Shown: piece by piece, positions 34,644 to 47,654 of the stretch | Position numbering within the stretch: position 1 is the stretch's first letter | Layout of the letters: every line of letters starts with the position of its first letter | Source: Utricularia gibba | Lineage: Eukaryota; Plantae; Magnoliophyta | Assembly: GCA_002189035.1 (NCBI GenBank) | Contig: NEEC01000012.1 | Coordinates: forward strand, 434,001-498,000 | Length of the DNA: 64,000 bases | Direction: 5' to 3' | Notes under the pieces: generated by a model | The model's database searches: none | Told to the model about the DNA's origin: nothing | The model's input: only the letters and a program-made list of their open reading frames with translations | Translations under genes and position numbers: made by a program

Positions 34644-35440
34644 ATGAGCATGTTATCAAAATGGGTTTTTCTGGCCATCTGCGCCATCGCCGCCGCTTCT
34701 GCTCCGGGACCATCGCCTTCCCAGGCGCCGGATTGCGCTGATCTTGTTTTCGACATGGCGGATTGCCTTTCGTACATGACCGGCGATGCTTCTACGCCTA
34801 GCACATCGTGCTGTTCTGGGCTTCAAAATGTGGTTCTGCTCAATGCTAAATGCATTTGCTTTGCTCTGCAAATGGGTCCAAGTTTGGGGATTGAGATCAA
34901 CATGACTAGAGCAGAACAGATGCCCACAATCTGCAGAGTGCAAGCTCCTCCCATCAGCATGTGCAACAGTAATTTTCCATCGAATTGTTCATTCAAACTA
35001 AACTCGTGATTCTAATCTTTCCCTTCATGCAGCGCCCACCGCGCCGGCGCGGGCCCCTGGTATGCTCTTCCCTTTTTAGATTGTTTGTTCCAGCACAAAG
35101 AAAAAGAGAAAACGAATGGCAGAGTTACTCTCAAAGCTTACGAAATTTCCTGGTATCTACAGTCACTTCATCACCTTCTCCGGCGCCAAAATTTCCTCCG
35201 CAGGCGTCTCCATCTCCGAAAGTTTCTCCGCCGCCTACGGCGGAAGCATCAAATCCCCCTAGTGAGGCACCAAAATCCGCGGCGGCGGAACCATCAAACC
35301 CTCCGAGTGAGACCCCTGCAGCGGATAGGTCTCCACCCTCCGGCGACTCTCCCAGGTCTTCCGGTCATTCCCGAATCCATCCTACATTCGCCATGGTTTC
35401 ATTCTCTCTCTCCGTGTGCTCGTATTTCTTTCGCGCCTGA
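34644..35440 (+). CDS. LTPG: GPI-anchored / xylogen-like non-specific lipid transfer protein, exons 34644-34968, 35033-35059, 35163-35440, 209 aa
   Basis: Signal peptide, eight-cysteine motif (C..C..CC..CxC..C..C), Pro/Ser/Ala-rich AGP-like tail and hydrophobic C-terminus; phases consistent. Confidence 0.9.
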
Positions 35441-37147
35441 ATTGGGCCCACAATTGGGCTTTGAGTTGCTGAATGTGATTTGGGCTTTTAATTGAAATAA
35501 GAAAAACTAAATAGGATTGAAATTGTGGCTGGGTATTCCTGATGGTGGGCCCACGTTCGACGTGGAAGATACCATCCAGTCAAAATGCAGCCTGCACCAA
35601 CCAATCAAAATCATAGGCAGATAAGCAACTTAAATTTATAACCATTTAATAAAATATTAAAATAATGACTTTTTGTTATGCAAAATATAAGTGGGCCATG
35701 ACACGACACACCCTTATCTGATAACTACCTTGCTCTAAAAAAGTAATTAATTAGTTTTGAATAACACTCACAATAGCTATATAAATGATGAGTTGTCAAC
35801 CAACTTCATCTATTTCACTATAAAATTTTGGATATAATATAATTTCACCTATATTTATTACTATGTTTTAGGCACCTATAATATAATTTCATTTATAATT
35901 GGAGGTAAAGTTCAAGATATTTGAAAGATTATAGTATTAATGTTATATTAGAACTCATTAATCTTTAGATTACGTTTGTGAAGTATTTTTTTCTAATAAA
36001 AAAGTGTGAATATTATATATTACGATCAAAATTTTACATATATAGTAATCATTTTTTTCCCATAGTCAAATTACATTAGTATGCACCATAGATTTGGATG
36101 GGGGAAAAACTGGCTCAATTTTGTGTTCTCCCTGAAACTAAACTAAGCAGCCTGCAGCACCCGAATGGGCGGGGACCCGACCCGACCCGACCCCGTAAAT
36201 GTATGCATGCGACTTACTGCTTCAGACGACCGTACCGGCTACCGCATCCAAATTTGATTCCTTTTGTTGAGTTGGTTTTGAGAATAAAAGCGTGCACCTT
36301 TTTTGTTAGGTGCGGGAACCGTGAAGAGTTGGAGGTAGATGGGGCAAGTGAACGGCATTGGACCAGCACAGGGGGCATGGCATCCACCGGTCCACGCCGG
36401 CCTTCAATGGCGGAGGAGAGGATGGGTCCCACTGCAATGTTCTGGAATTTATTGCAATGGCACCTCCGCCCAACTAACGCCAACCAAACCCAAACCAGCG
36501 ACCAAACAGCACCCATTTTCCCTTCAACCCCCATTCAATATATACTTAACTTTAATCGAATGGTTCCGGTGAGGTCATTGCTAATGCTCCACCACTTGTG
36601 TGCTCAATTTTGCGTTCCACGACTTTTGGATTTCCACCATCCTCGTATCGCCTCTGTTATTGGGATCGTGTGATGTTTGACGCACACGCCTTTGTTTTAA
36701 AAAGGAAGGATTTTTAAGCTTTTCTCTCTTCAAGGCTGTGCTGTGTGAGTTGAGGTGAGCTGTTGTTTCAACTTCTTTGTTCTTGAATGAGGATCAATTG
36801 GCTTAGTTTTGTGGGATTGATCGTGTACTGCGGATGTGTCTGAAGCTGGTTTTTGAACCTTGGGCTCCTAATCCCTTTCATTTAGTGAGGCTGGGTAGGC
36901 AGTGAAGACTTTTTTCTTTAATTTCATCTTTCGTATTTGATCGTGGATTGTGTGATCCTTCATCACTGCTCCCACCCGGTGGTAGAGAAATTGCTGTTGT
37001 TGTGCGTACATGTGAATGTGATCTTCTGGTTATTAGTTTTGCGCGATTCCTGAATATTTTCCTGCTTCTAGTTCCCCACTTACGAGAAACAAATGATTTA
37101 CTTGATTTGGCAGTCCCTGAGAAGAGTTATTTTGTAGGTGACAGAAG

Positions 37148-40100
37148 ATGTCAGAAGCACAGAGAAGGCTCCAGCATGACAACAGTGCTAGGTCACTGAA
37201 TGGATACATGAATGGAAGCATTCAATTGAGGTCTATGGCAGTGGAAGCTGAAGTGGCTGCGTTCTGCGAAGCCCTTGGTGGGAAGAGACCAATTCATAGC
37301 ATTTTGATTGCTAACAATGGTATGGCAGCAGTGAAGTTTATTCGCAGTGTTAGAACCTGGGCATATGAGACATTTGGGTCGGAGAAAGCTATTCTGTTGG
37401 TGGCAATGGCTACTCCTGAGGACATGAGAATAAATGCAGAGCATATTAGGATAGCTGACCAGTTTGTAGAAGTCCCTGGTGGGACTAACAATAATAACTA
37501 CGCCAATGTGCAGCTAATTGCTGAGGTTTGTTTGACTCGTTCTAGCTCTTTTATTTCATTTTAGTTTTTATAAAAAGGCCGAGGGAGATACAATTGAGGG
37601 GAAATACATATATCGACATAAACTTGGATTTGAATAAAGCTCAATGATCTAACAGTAATGGTATATAGTGTGAAGGTGAGAGGTTAAAGGAACCAATACT
37701 GAATCAAATGATGGTTTTGAGTCAAATTTCCAGGATATATATGATGTATAACTCACTACGGTCATTGTCCAGATGGCAGAGATTACGCATGTTGATGCTG
37801 TATGGCCTGGATGGGGTCATGCTTCTGAAAATCCTGAGCTACCTGATGCTTTAGCTGCAAAAGGGATTATCTTTCTGGGCCCTCCAGCAGCACCGATGGC
37901 TGCATTAGGTGACAAAATCGGATCATCTCTGATTGCACAGGCTGCAGATGTGCCAACGCTTCCCTGGAGTGGCTCACATGTAATGTATACGTGGCATTGT
38001 TCTGTATAATCATTTTTTACTTTTAATGCAACCAACTGATATGATGTACTTCAGGTGAAAATACCCCTAGAGAACTGTGTGATGAGTATTCCAGATTCCA
38101 TATATCAGGAAGCATGCGTTCACACCACAGAAGAAGCCATTGCCAGCTGTCAAGTTGTCGGCTACCCGGCAATGATAAAGGCATCCTGGGGTGGAGGTGG
38201 AAAAGGCATAAGGAAGGTCTGATTCATTCCATTGTTTTCTAGAAGGATTTCCACCTTCACTATCTCTACGTTGGTCACGAAGTTGTAGCAAGTTTACCAA
38301 GTTATTCATTTTATATTGTTTATATCCAATCATGTGGTGAATTGTTGCATTATTCACTTCCCGTATGATGTTTTGCAGGTTCATAATGATGATGAAGTCA
38401 AAGCTTTGTTCAAGCAAGTTCAGGGTGAAGTTCCTGGATCACCCATATTTATTATGAAAGTAGCTTCTCAGGTCAGGATACCTACATTTTCTTATGTTCG
38501 CACATTTTGGGAGTTGGTTTTTACACAAGAATATACTCATTACTCAGAGCCGGCATCTAGAGGTGCAGCTTCTCTGTGATCAGTATGGAAATGTTGCGGC
38601 ACTGCATAGCCGTGATTGCAGTGTTCAAAGGAGACATCAGAAAGTGAGTTTCTTCATATGCATGCTTCCATATTATGGAGCATGATATATGTAACGCCTC
38701 TTTTCTCCTGTGTTGTTAATTAAATGTACCTTAAGCATATGACATTCATTATCATTAGATTATCGAAGAAGGTCCAATTACTGTTGCCCCTCCTGAAACT
38801 GTAAAGAAACTAGAGCAAGCTGCTAGGAGGTTGGCGAAGAGTGTAAATTATGTTGGAGCTGCGACAGTGGAGTATTTATACAGTATGGAAACAGGGGAAT
38901 ACTATTTTTTGGAGCTAAACCCCCGGCTACAGGTTTCATTCTTTTACATCATGCAAGGGGGAACACATGATATTGTTAAATGGTCAATTTAGTTTCCCAT
39001 TCACTGAATAGATTAGAAATACTCTCATTGTAGTTGATGTTTTCATCCATGTTTTTGTGTTTTTATCTTGAGTGTAGGTAGAGCACCCAGTCACTGAATG
39101 GATTGCAGAGATAAATCTTCCGGCAGCACAGGTTGTAGTTGGGATGGGGATCCCTCTTTGGCAAATTCCAGGTCTCGCCCTTAATTTGTAGGAGTGCCAT
39201 CTAACTCCCTTTCATATTTCAATAAATCTTCTTAATGAACTAATTTCAGAAATACGGAGATATTATGGAAAGGAACATGGTGGAGGATATGATGCTTGGA
39301 AGAAGACATCTTCCCTTGCTACTCCATTTGACTTTGATAAGGCAGAGTCAACAAGGCCAAAGGGTCATTGTGTGGCTGTTCGTGTTACCAGTGAAGATCC
39401 TGATGATGGTTTTAAGCCAACTAGTGGAAAAGTTCAGGTAACATCATGTGGTGTAATGTTTTTATTCCATTTGTGATTTTATCATCTTTGTAACAATCTG
39501 TAATTAATTTGTGCAGGAACTGAATTTCAAAAGTAAGCCTAATGTGTGGGCATACTTTTCTGTGAAGGTATGAATTCAGAATTTCTGTAGTTATCTAAGA
39601 ATGATTCTTATTGTTCTTATACTTGCTGCAGTCTGGAGGGGGTATTCATGAGTTTTCGGACTCTCAATTTGGTGAGTTTAGAGTTTGAAGTTGAATCAAC
39701 TGATATTCATCAATTCATATTTTTGCAACTTCCAGTGGCCATCTTACCTGAAGTCTGTTTCTCTTACTTCAGGTCATGTTTTTGCCTTTGGAGAATCCCG
39801 AGCTTTGGCCATTGCGAACATGGTTCTTGGGCTCAAAGAAATTCAAATTAGAGGAGAAATTCGCACAAATGTCGATTACACTATTGATCTTTTAAATGTG
39901 ATAACCAACATCCCATCCCATTAAATTCCACTTGTAACATCAACTTTCGCTGAGTGTGGAAACTATTGAAATTCCTGCAGGTTGCAGAATATAAGGAAAA
40001 TAAAATTCATACGGGATGGCTGGATAGCAGAATTGCAATGAGGGTCAGAGCTGAACGACCACCATGGTATCTATCAGTAGTTGGGGGAGCACTTTATGTA

Positions 40101-43100
40101 AGCATGCTTTTGTCATCTGCTGTCAACATCTTTTTATGGATTAGCCGAACTGAACTGTTTTTTTCCATTTCTAGCCGAATTAATATGGTTTCTTTATATC
40201 ATGAAATCAGAAAGCGTCTGCCAGTAGCGCAGCAATGGTTTCAGAATATGTTGGCTATCTTGAAAAGGGACAGATACCCCCAAAGGCACTGAGTTCTTCC
40301 ATAACCTTTAATGATGAGTTATTGGTTTGTAATCCACCATCTAACTGACGTGTTTCAACTGCAGCACATTTCACTTGTCAATTCTTCAGTTTCTTTGAAC
40401 ATTGAAGGCAGCAAATATACAGTAAGTGCTAAGCATGTAGTGTCCTTAAATGGATGCACTTCTTTTATATTCTCTAATTTTGGCTGAGATTATATCCAAA
40501 ACGTTATATGATCTACATGAAATGACGAAATAGTACTCTTGATTGTTGGGTTTGCATCTTATGTATTATATCTCTTGGACATTTTAGATTAACACTACTA
40601 GAGGCGGTCCTGGAAGCTATAGATTGAAGATGAATAACTCAGAGATCGAAGCAGAAATACACACGTTACGGGATGGAGGTCTTCTAATGCAGGCAACCCT
40701 CTTTTGGTCTATTTTCTGATGCACACACATTTATGTAATATACATATATATATATGCATACATGCCTACATATATATGACTACTACATTATAGAAAAATT
40801 CACAAAATATGGGAAACGTAAGCGATGAAATCACCGAGCAAAAAAAGATGTTATATGTTTAACCAGACTGCCTTTGTTTCAGCTGGACGGGAACAGCCAT
40901 GTCATTTATGCTGAGGAGGAGGCAGCTGGAACACGACTTTTGATTGACGGAAGAACTTGTTTGCTTCAGGTCTGTTATTTCATCTTAAAATCTACTGCAC
41001 CTTTTTGGGAGTGACTTAATCAGATTTTTTTTCCCCAGAATGACCATGATCCCTCCAAATTAGTGGCTGAAACGCCATGCAAATTACTTAGATATCTAGT
41101 GGAGGATGAGGGCCACATTGATGCTGATACACCCTATGCGGAAGTCGAGGTCATGAAGATGTGTATGCCCCTTCTTTCACCTGCGTCTGGGAAGATCCAT
41201 TTTCAGATGTGTGAGGGTCAAGCAATGCAGGTAATTATTCATTCCCCTGCCTCGTTGACCTCCTTATTGTTCAATTTGGGAAATGAATTTATGCTTTTGT
41301 AGGCTGGAGAGCTTATTGCTAGATTAGATTTAGATGACCCGTCAGCTGTGAGGAAAGCAGAACCTTTCCATGGTAACTTTCCTATTCTTGGACCTCCAAC
41401 TGCCATATCTGGTAAAGTTCATCAACGTTTTGCGGCAAATATGAATGCATCTCAGATGATTCTTGCTGGTTATGAGCATGACATTGACAAAGTAAAGTTC
41501 TCTTGTCTTGACCTCATAAGAATGTTGATGATAATCTAACAGCTCTGCTTTTCAAGTTATTGATCATATACTAATTTATGTATTTCAGGTTGTTCAAAAT
41601 TTGCTTAGCTGCTTGGACAATCCTGAGCTCCCTTTCCTACAGTGGCAAGAATGTTTTGCTGTTCTGGCCAACAGACTGCCGAAGGATCTTAGAGCTGAGG
41701 TTGTGACAGCTTAGATATTATCTCCACTTCAAATATTAGTACTGCTGGTGGGGTGCTCTATCCACTTCATTAAGAGTAAACCTTTTTTGTGTGTGTACAA
41801 ATTTTGCAGTTGGAATCCAGATATAAAAATTTTGAGGGAATCACTGATATCCAGAATATTGAATTTCCAGCAAAGGTTCTGCGCACTGTTCTTGAGGTTA
41901 GTCTTTAGCTTCATATCTTTTTAGTTGATTATTTTTTTTCCATTTCTCATTATTTGGTAGCTTTCTTGTATCACCTTATGTTGATGCACAAATCTTGTAT
42001 TGCTTTGTTGTATTATTGATGTTGGTATACAAATCTTTCATGCTTCAGGCCCATCTGGATTCCTGTTCTCCAAATGAAAAAGGAGCTCAAGAACGTTTAA
42101 TTGAACCCCTGTTGAGTCTGGTCAAGTCTTATGAACGGGGACGAGAAAGTCATGCTCACATCATTGTTCAGGGCCTTTTTGAAGAGTATTTATCTGTCGA
42201 GGAATTATTTAATGACAATGTGCAGGTAAGATTGCTCAGTGTGTATTCATTTGTTCAGTGCCTTTTCGCACTCACTTAAAAGTTTTCTGTACATCTTCCA
42301 TTTTTTTTTTCTGAAATGCATAGGCGGATGTGATTGAACGATTAAGGCTTCACTATAAGAAAGATCTTCTCAGAGTGGTAGACATTGTGCTCTCACATCA
42401 GGTGTGCACGTATATGATGTTGTAATATTTATCAATACCAAATCCTAAAACTAGCTGTAATTCATCTTTTGTAGGATGTCAAGAGGAAAAACAAGCTGAT
42501 ACTGAGTCTCATGGAACAACTTGTATATCCTAATCCTGCAGCCTATCGTGATCAACTGATCCGGTTTTCTAGTCTAAATCATACGAGCTATTCTGAGGTG
42601 CATGATCTCTATGGATGTATTTGCATGACATAGGCATGTTTTTCCAGAAGGGATCCTGAACTTTTGTTGTCCATTTGTACTTTTTTTGTGCAGTTAGCTT
42701 TGAAGGCAAGTCAGTTACTGGAGCAGACCAGACTCAGTGAACTTAGATCTTCAATTGCAAGGAGTCTTTCAGAATTGGAGATGTTTACTGAGGACGGTGA
42801 GAATATGGATACTCCAAGGAGAAAAAGTGCAATAAATGAGCGAATGGAAGCCCTTGTTAATGCTCCATTGGCAGTTGAAGATGCACTTGTGGGTCTTTTT
42901 GATCACAGTGATCACACTCTTCAACGAAGAGTTGTGGAGACTTATGTTCGAAGACTGTATCAAGTACTGCTATTTTAACTCTCCAGAAGCCAGTTTTCCC
43001 TTCTTTGCTAACAGCCTGTTCCATTTTTTCACTAGGCCTACCTGGTAAAGGGGAGTGTCCGGATGCAGTGGCATAGATTTGGCCTTCTAGCATCATGGGA

Positions 43101-46100
43101 GTTCTTGGATGAACATGTACAAGGTAATAAGAGATCTGAAGGCGAAACAAGTACTGAAAATCGGAAATGGGGAGCCATGGTGGTGATAAAATCTCTACAG
43201 TTTCTGCCAACTGTAATAGCTGCCGCCCTAAAGGAAGCAACACATAACCTACAGAATGAAAACTCTGTGGAATTTGTTCAACCGATATCTTCTGGTAATA
43301 TGATGCATGTTGCTTTGGCTGGGATCAACAACCAAATGAGCTTACTTCAGGATAGGTATGTGAGGCGCATATGCAACAATAATTTGGTGAAAATATTCTT
43401 ATATGAGCCACATTTCTTTTTTAACATAGCCAATGATAACGTTCGTTGCAGTGGTGATGAAGATCAGGCACAAGAGAGAGTGGATAAGTTGGCCAAAATA
43501 CTTAAGGAGAAGGAAGTAGCCTCCAGCCTGCGAAATGCAGGAGTGGGTTTTGTCAGTTGTATAATACAAAGAGATGAAGGTAGGGTCCGATGAGACATTC
43601 CTTTTGTTTCTTGGCAGAAAAACTCTACTACCAGGAGGAGGCATTGCTGCGGCATTTGGAACCACCTTTATCAAATTACCTTGAGCTGGTATGTGCACAA
43701 AAAATATGTCTATGCATTTTCTTATGTGATGGTCGTCTGATCCTAAAATATTTCTGTGACCAGGACAAACTGAAGCACTATGACAATATAAGGTATACTC
43801 CTTCCCGGGATCGACAGTGGCACATTTATACTGTTGCAGAGAAGTCACGTCCCCTCCGGAGAATGTTTCTTAGGACACTTTTGAGGCAACCTATTTCAAA
43901 TGAAGGTTTGAGCGTTTTACAAGGAATCGATCAGGGCTCTACACAATCGATGTGGTCTCTTTCCTTCACATCACGGAGTATCTTGAGATCTTTGATGTCT
44001 GCAATGGATGAGCTTGAACTTAACTCTCATAATTCAGCCATTAAATCGGACCATGCTCACATGTACTTGTACATCCTGCGGGAACAACTGATAGATGATC
44101 TCTTGCCATACCACAAGTAAGATCTCCTGCTACTCACACTACCGATATTTGTTTTATTAGTGTCCCTTCATGGATGCTACTCCCACTAGTTGGTTGACCC
44201 AGTTTGAGATGAAATGCAGCTGCGAATTCTAAGAAGCACTCTGAGACCAGAAAATTGGTTGTATCTGCCTGATTTTTTTTATTGATCTAGTCTCCTGGCT
44301 CTATTTTTCAGGAGGGCGCATATAACTGATGGCCGTGAAGAAGCAACTGTTTTCAAGATTCTGGATGATCTGGTGCATGAAATTCATGCATTCATTGGTC
44401 TTAAAATGCATCGGTTAGGTGTTTTCGAGTGGGAAATTAGATTTTGTATATCATCTGAAGGGGACGCAAATGGAGCTTGGAGAGTTGTAGTCACAAATGT
44501 CACTGGTCAAACCTGCATTGTTCATGTGAGCAAAATCCAGATTGGTTGAAAACATCAATAGTTTGATGCATGGTTATTATTTAACAGTTTGCATGATAAT
44601 TTCAGATCTATAGAGAGGTGGAGGATCCAACTGCAGAGGTCGTCATCTACAGTTCTCTGTCTAGCAATGGCCCTTTGCATGGATTGCCAGTTAATGCACC
44701 GTATAGAACACTGGGACCTCTTGAACAGAAACGACTTATTGCAAGGAAAAGCAACACAACATATTGCTATGATTTCCCTCTGGTATAAAATATTTTCTTT
44801 TGGGAATGCACAATATGGTTGTTATTTGTACTAATGAGGTTACTTTTCAGGCATTTGAGGCAGCCCTGAGTATCGCCTGGACTAAGAATCCTACAATTAA
44901 CAAGCCTGATGGGGCAGTAGTTAAGGTCACAGAACTGATTTTTTCTGACAAGAAGGGTGCATGGGGTACTAATCTTGTTCCTACTGAGCGTCCACCAGCA
45001 CTGAATGATGTTGGCATGGTAGCCTGGAAAATGGCAATGTGCACTCCTGAGTTTCCCTCTGGGCGGTCTATTTTTGTCGTAGCGAATGATGTAACTTTCA
45101 AGAATGGTTCTTTTGGACCAAGGGAGGATGCATTTTTTAAGGCAGTCACTGATGTTGCTTGTGCACAGAAAATACCCCTTATTTATCTTGCAGCCAATTC
45201 CGGTGCTCGTATTGGGGTAGCTGAAGAAGTGAAGTCTTCCTTCAAAGTTGGCTGGTCCGATGAACTAAACCCAGAACGTGGTTTTCAGTACGTGTACTTA
45301 ACTCCAGAAGACTATGGCCGCATTGGAGCTTCAGTTATAGCACATGAGTTGAAGCTTCCAAATGGAGAAAGCAGATGGATCATTGACACTGTTGTTGGAA
45401 AGGAAGATGGTTTGGGAGTTGAAAATCTAACTGGAAGTGGTGCTATAGCTAGTGCATATTCAAGGGCATACCATGAAACATTTACCTTGACCTACGTGAC
45501 TGGAAGAACAGTGGGAATAGGTGCATATCTTGCTCGTCTTGGTATGCGATGTATCCAAAGACTAGATCAGCCAATTATTCTGACTGGTTTCTCTGCATTG
45601 AACAAGCTTCTGGGTAGGGAGGTCTACAGCTCGCACATGCAACTTGGAGGGCCTAAAATCATGGCGACGAACGGGGTTGTTCATCTCACTGTCTCAGATG
45701 ATCTCGAAGGAATAGCAGCTATTTTGAACTGGTTGAGCTTTGTTCCGGCATACTCCGGTGGAACGCTTCCCATTATGAGTCCATTGGATCCTCCTAGCAG
45801 GCTTGTGGAATATCTGCCTGAGATATCTTGTGATCCACGCGCAGCCATCTCTGGGGCCAAGGATGGTTCAGGCAACTGGCTTGGAGGCATATTTGACAAG
45901 GATACCTTCATTGAAACATTGGAAGGCTGGGCGAGAACGGTTGTAACAGGCCGGGCGAAGCTCGGAGGCATACCAGTGGGTGTGATCGCAGTTGAAACTC
46001 AGACTGTGATGCAGGTTATCCCTGCCGACCCTGGCCAGCTTGATTCACACGAAAGGATTGTTCCACAAGCAGGCCAGGTATGGTTTCCAGACTCAGCAAC

Positions 46101-47119
46101 AAAGACTGCTCAGGCTTTGATGGATTTTAACAGAGAAGAGTTGCCCCTGTTTATCCTTGCCAATTGGAGAGGCTTTTCTGGTGGACAAAGGGACCTGTTT
46201 GAAGGCATCCTTCAAGCTGGATCAACAATTGTGGAGAATCTACGGACTTACAAACAGTCTGTCTTCGTATATTTGCCGGCCACCGGTGAGCTCCGTGGTG
46301 GAGCATGGGTGGTGGTTGACAGTAAGATCAACCCCGACCACATCGAAATGTATGCCGAACGAACTGCTAAAGGTAACGTCCTGGAGGCGGAGGGTTTGAT
46401 CGAAATCAAGTTTCGATCTCGAGAACTTCTGGAGTGCATGGGCAGGCTTGATGCGGAACTCGTAAGTCTGAGGTCAAAGCTTCAAGAAGCCAGCTCTACA
46501 GGGACACAAGCAGCTGTTGCAGACTTGCAGAGCCAGATCAAATTGCGTGAGAAGAAACTTCTGCCTTTGTACACACAGATAGCTACAAAATTTGCTGAGC
46601 TCCACGACACATCACTCCGAATGGCTGCGAAAGGAGTGATCAAAGAAGTCATCGACTGGAAAAATTCTCGGTCGTTCTTCTACACAAGATTGCACAGGAG
46701 GGTTGTCGAGGATTCGTTAGTGAAGACCATCAGGGATGCGGCTGGTCACGATCTTGACTACAGGTCTGCAATGGAGATGATCAAGAAATGGTTCTCAGAA
46801 TCGGAACTAGCCACAGGAAGAGAAGATGCATGGATCGATGACGAGGTTTTCTTTAGGTGGAAGAATGATCCCAAACACTATGAAGAAAAGCTACAAGACC
46901 TTCGTGTGCAAAAGATGTTGCTTCAGTTATCCAGCTCCAGCAACTCCACCATGGATATAAGAGCCCTTCCTCAAGCTCTTGCCGCTTTCTTGCACAAGGT
47001 AGATTCTCTTCATTGCACATACATCTCCTCATCAACTAACATGATGGTTAACGGCGCAGGTCGACCCCACGGTTCGAGACAAGCTGATCGAGGAGCTCTC
47101 AGGCGTGCTGCATCACTGA
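37148..47119 (+). CDS. ACC1: Homomeric cytosolic acetyl-CoA carboxylase (BC-BCCP-CT), about 30 exons
   Basis: [19 protein letters not shown]; biotinylation motif EVMKM; CT domain [21 protein letters not shown]; last exon 47060-47119; no plastid transit peptide evident. Confidence 0.98.
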
Positions 47120-47654
47120 GTCACGAAGAAGGGGTGGGGTGCAGGGCGTCCTCTCTTCAGCTGATCCAATCTTCTTGGTTGTTTCTATACGAACATGATG
47201 TGCCGGTTTCTTGTGCATTGGCATTGGAATGCCCTTCATTTTGTTTTGATGAAAATGGAGGGACTGCCTGCCTCAGCTGAGCTGATCCCTGTAGAGAAGT
47301 TGCAAAGTCGGTAACATTTGTCTGGTTGTAATAAAAACGTTGTATGTTTGCTTGCCTCTTTCGAGGGAAGCAACTTCGTTCAATTCAGATATGGTTTCGA
47401 TCGGGTGGATCAGCAGTGGCCCGACCCCACCCGACCCGACCCGGACCGACCGTTGGAAATTACCGTTCGTTGCAAAATCAACGATGTTTTTGCGTTGAGG
47501 AAGACGGTGGTTTTATTTGGTCAGTGGAGTGGGTGTGGAAGTTTCCTAGCCATCTGCCCTTGCTTCTTCTCCTTAATATCTCTGCGGCGTCCCATGGTTG
47601 CGTTGCCCATTAAATCTTCTTCAGCAAGAAATCGCGTTCTTGAGGCAGAAAAGC

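Noticed and set aside
36175-36193. CCCGA tandem repeats here and at about 47420-47450, flanking ACC1
   Set aside because: Short, same orientation, no TIR or TSD; common low-complexity promoter-region motif, not evidence that ACC1 was mobilised.
44847-46439. Antisense ORFs over ACC1, and similar ones over the helicase, BXL and ARM/TPR exons
   Set aside because: Shadow ORFs opposite long coding exons with no independent signatures.
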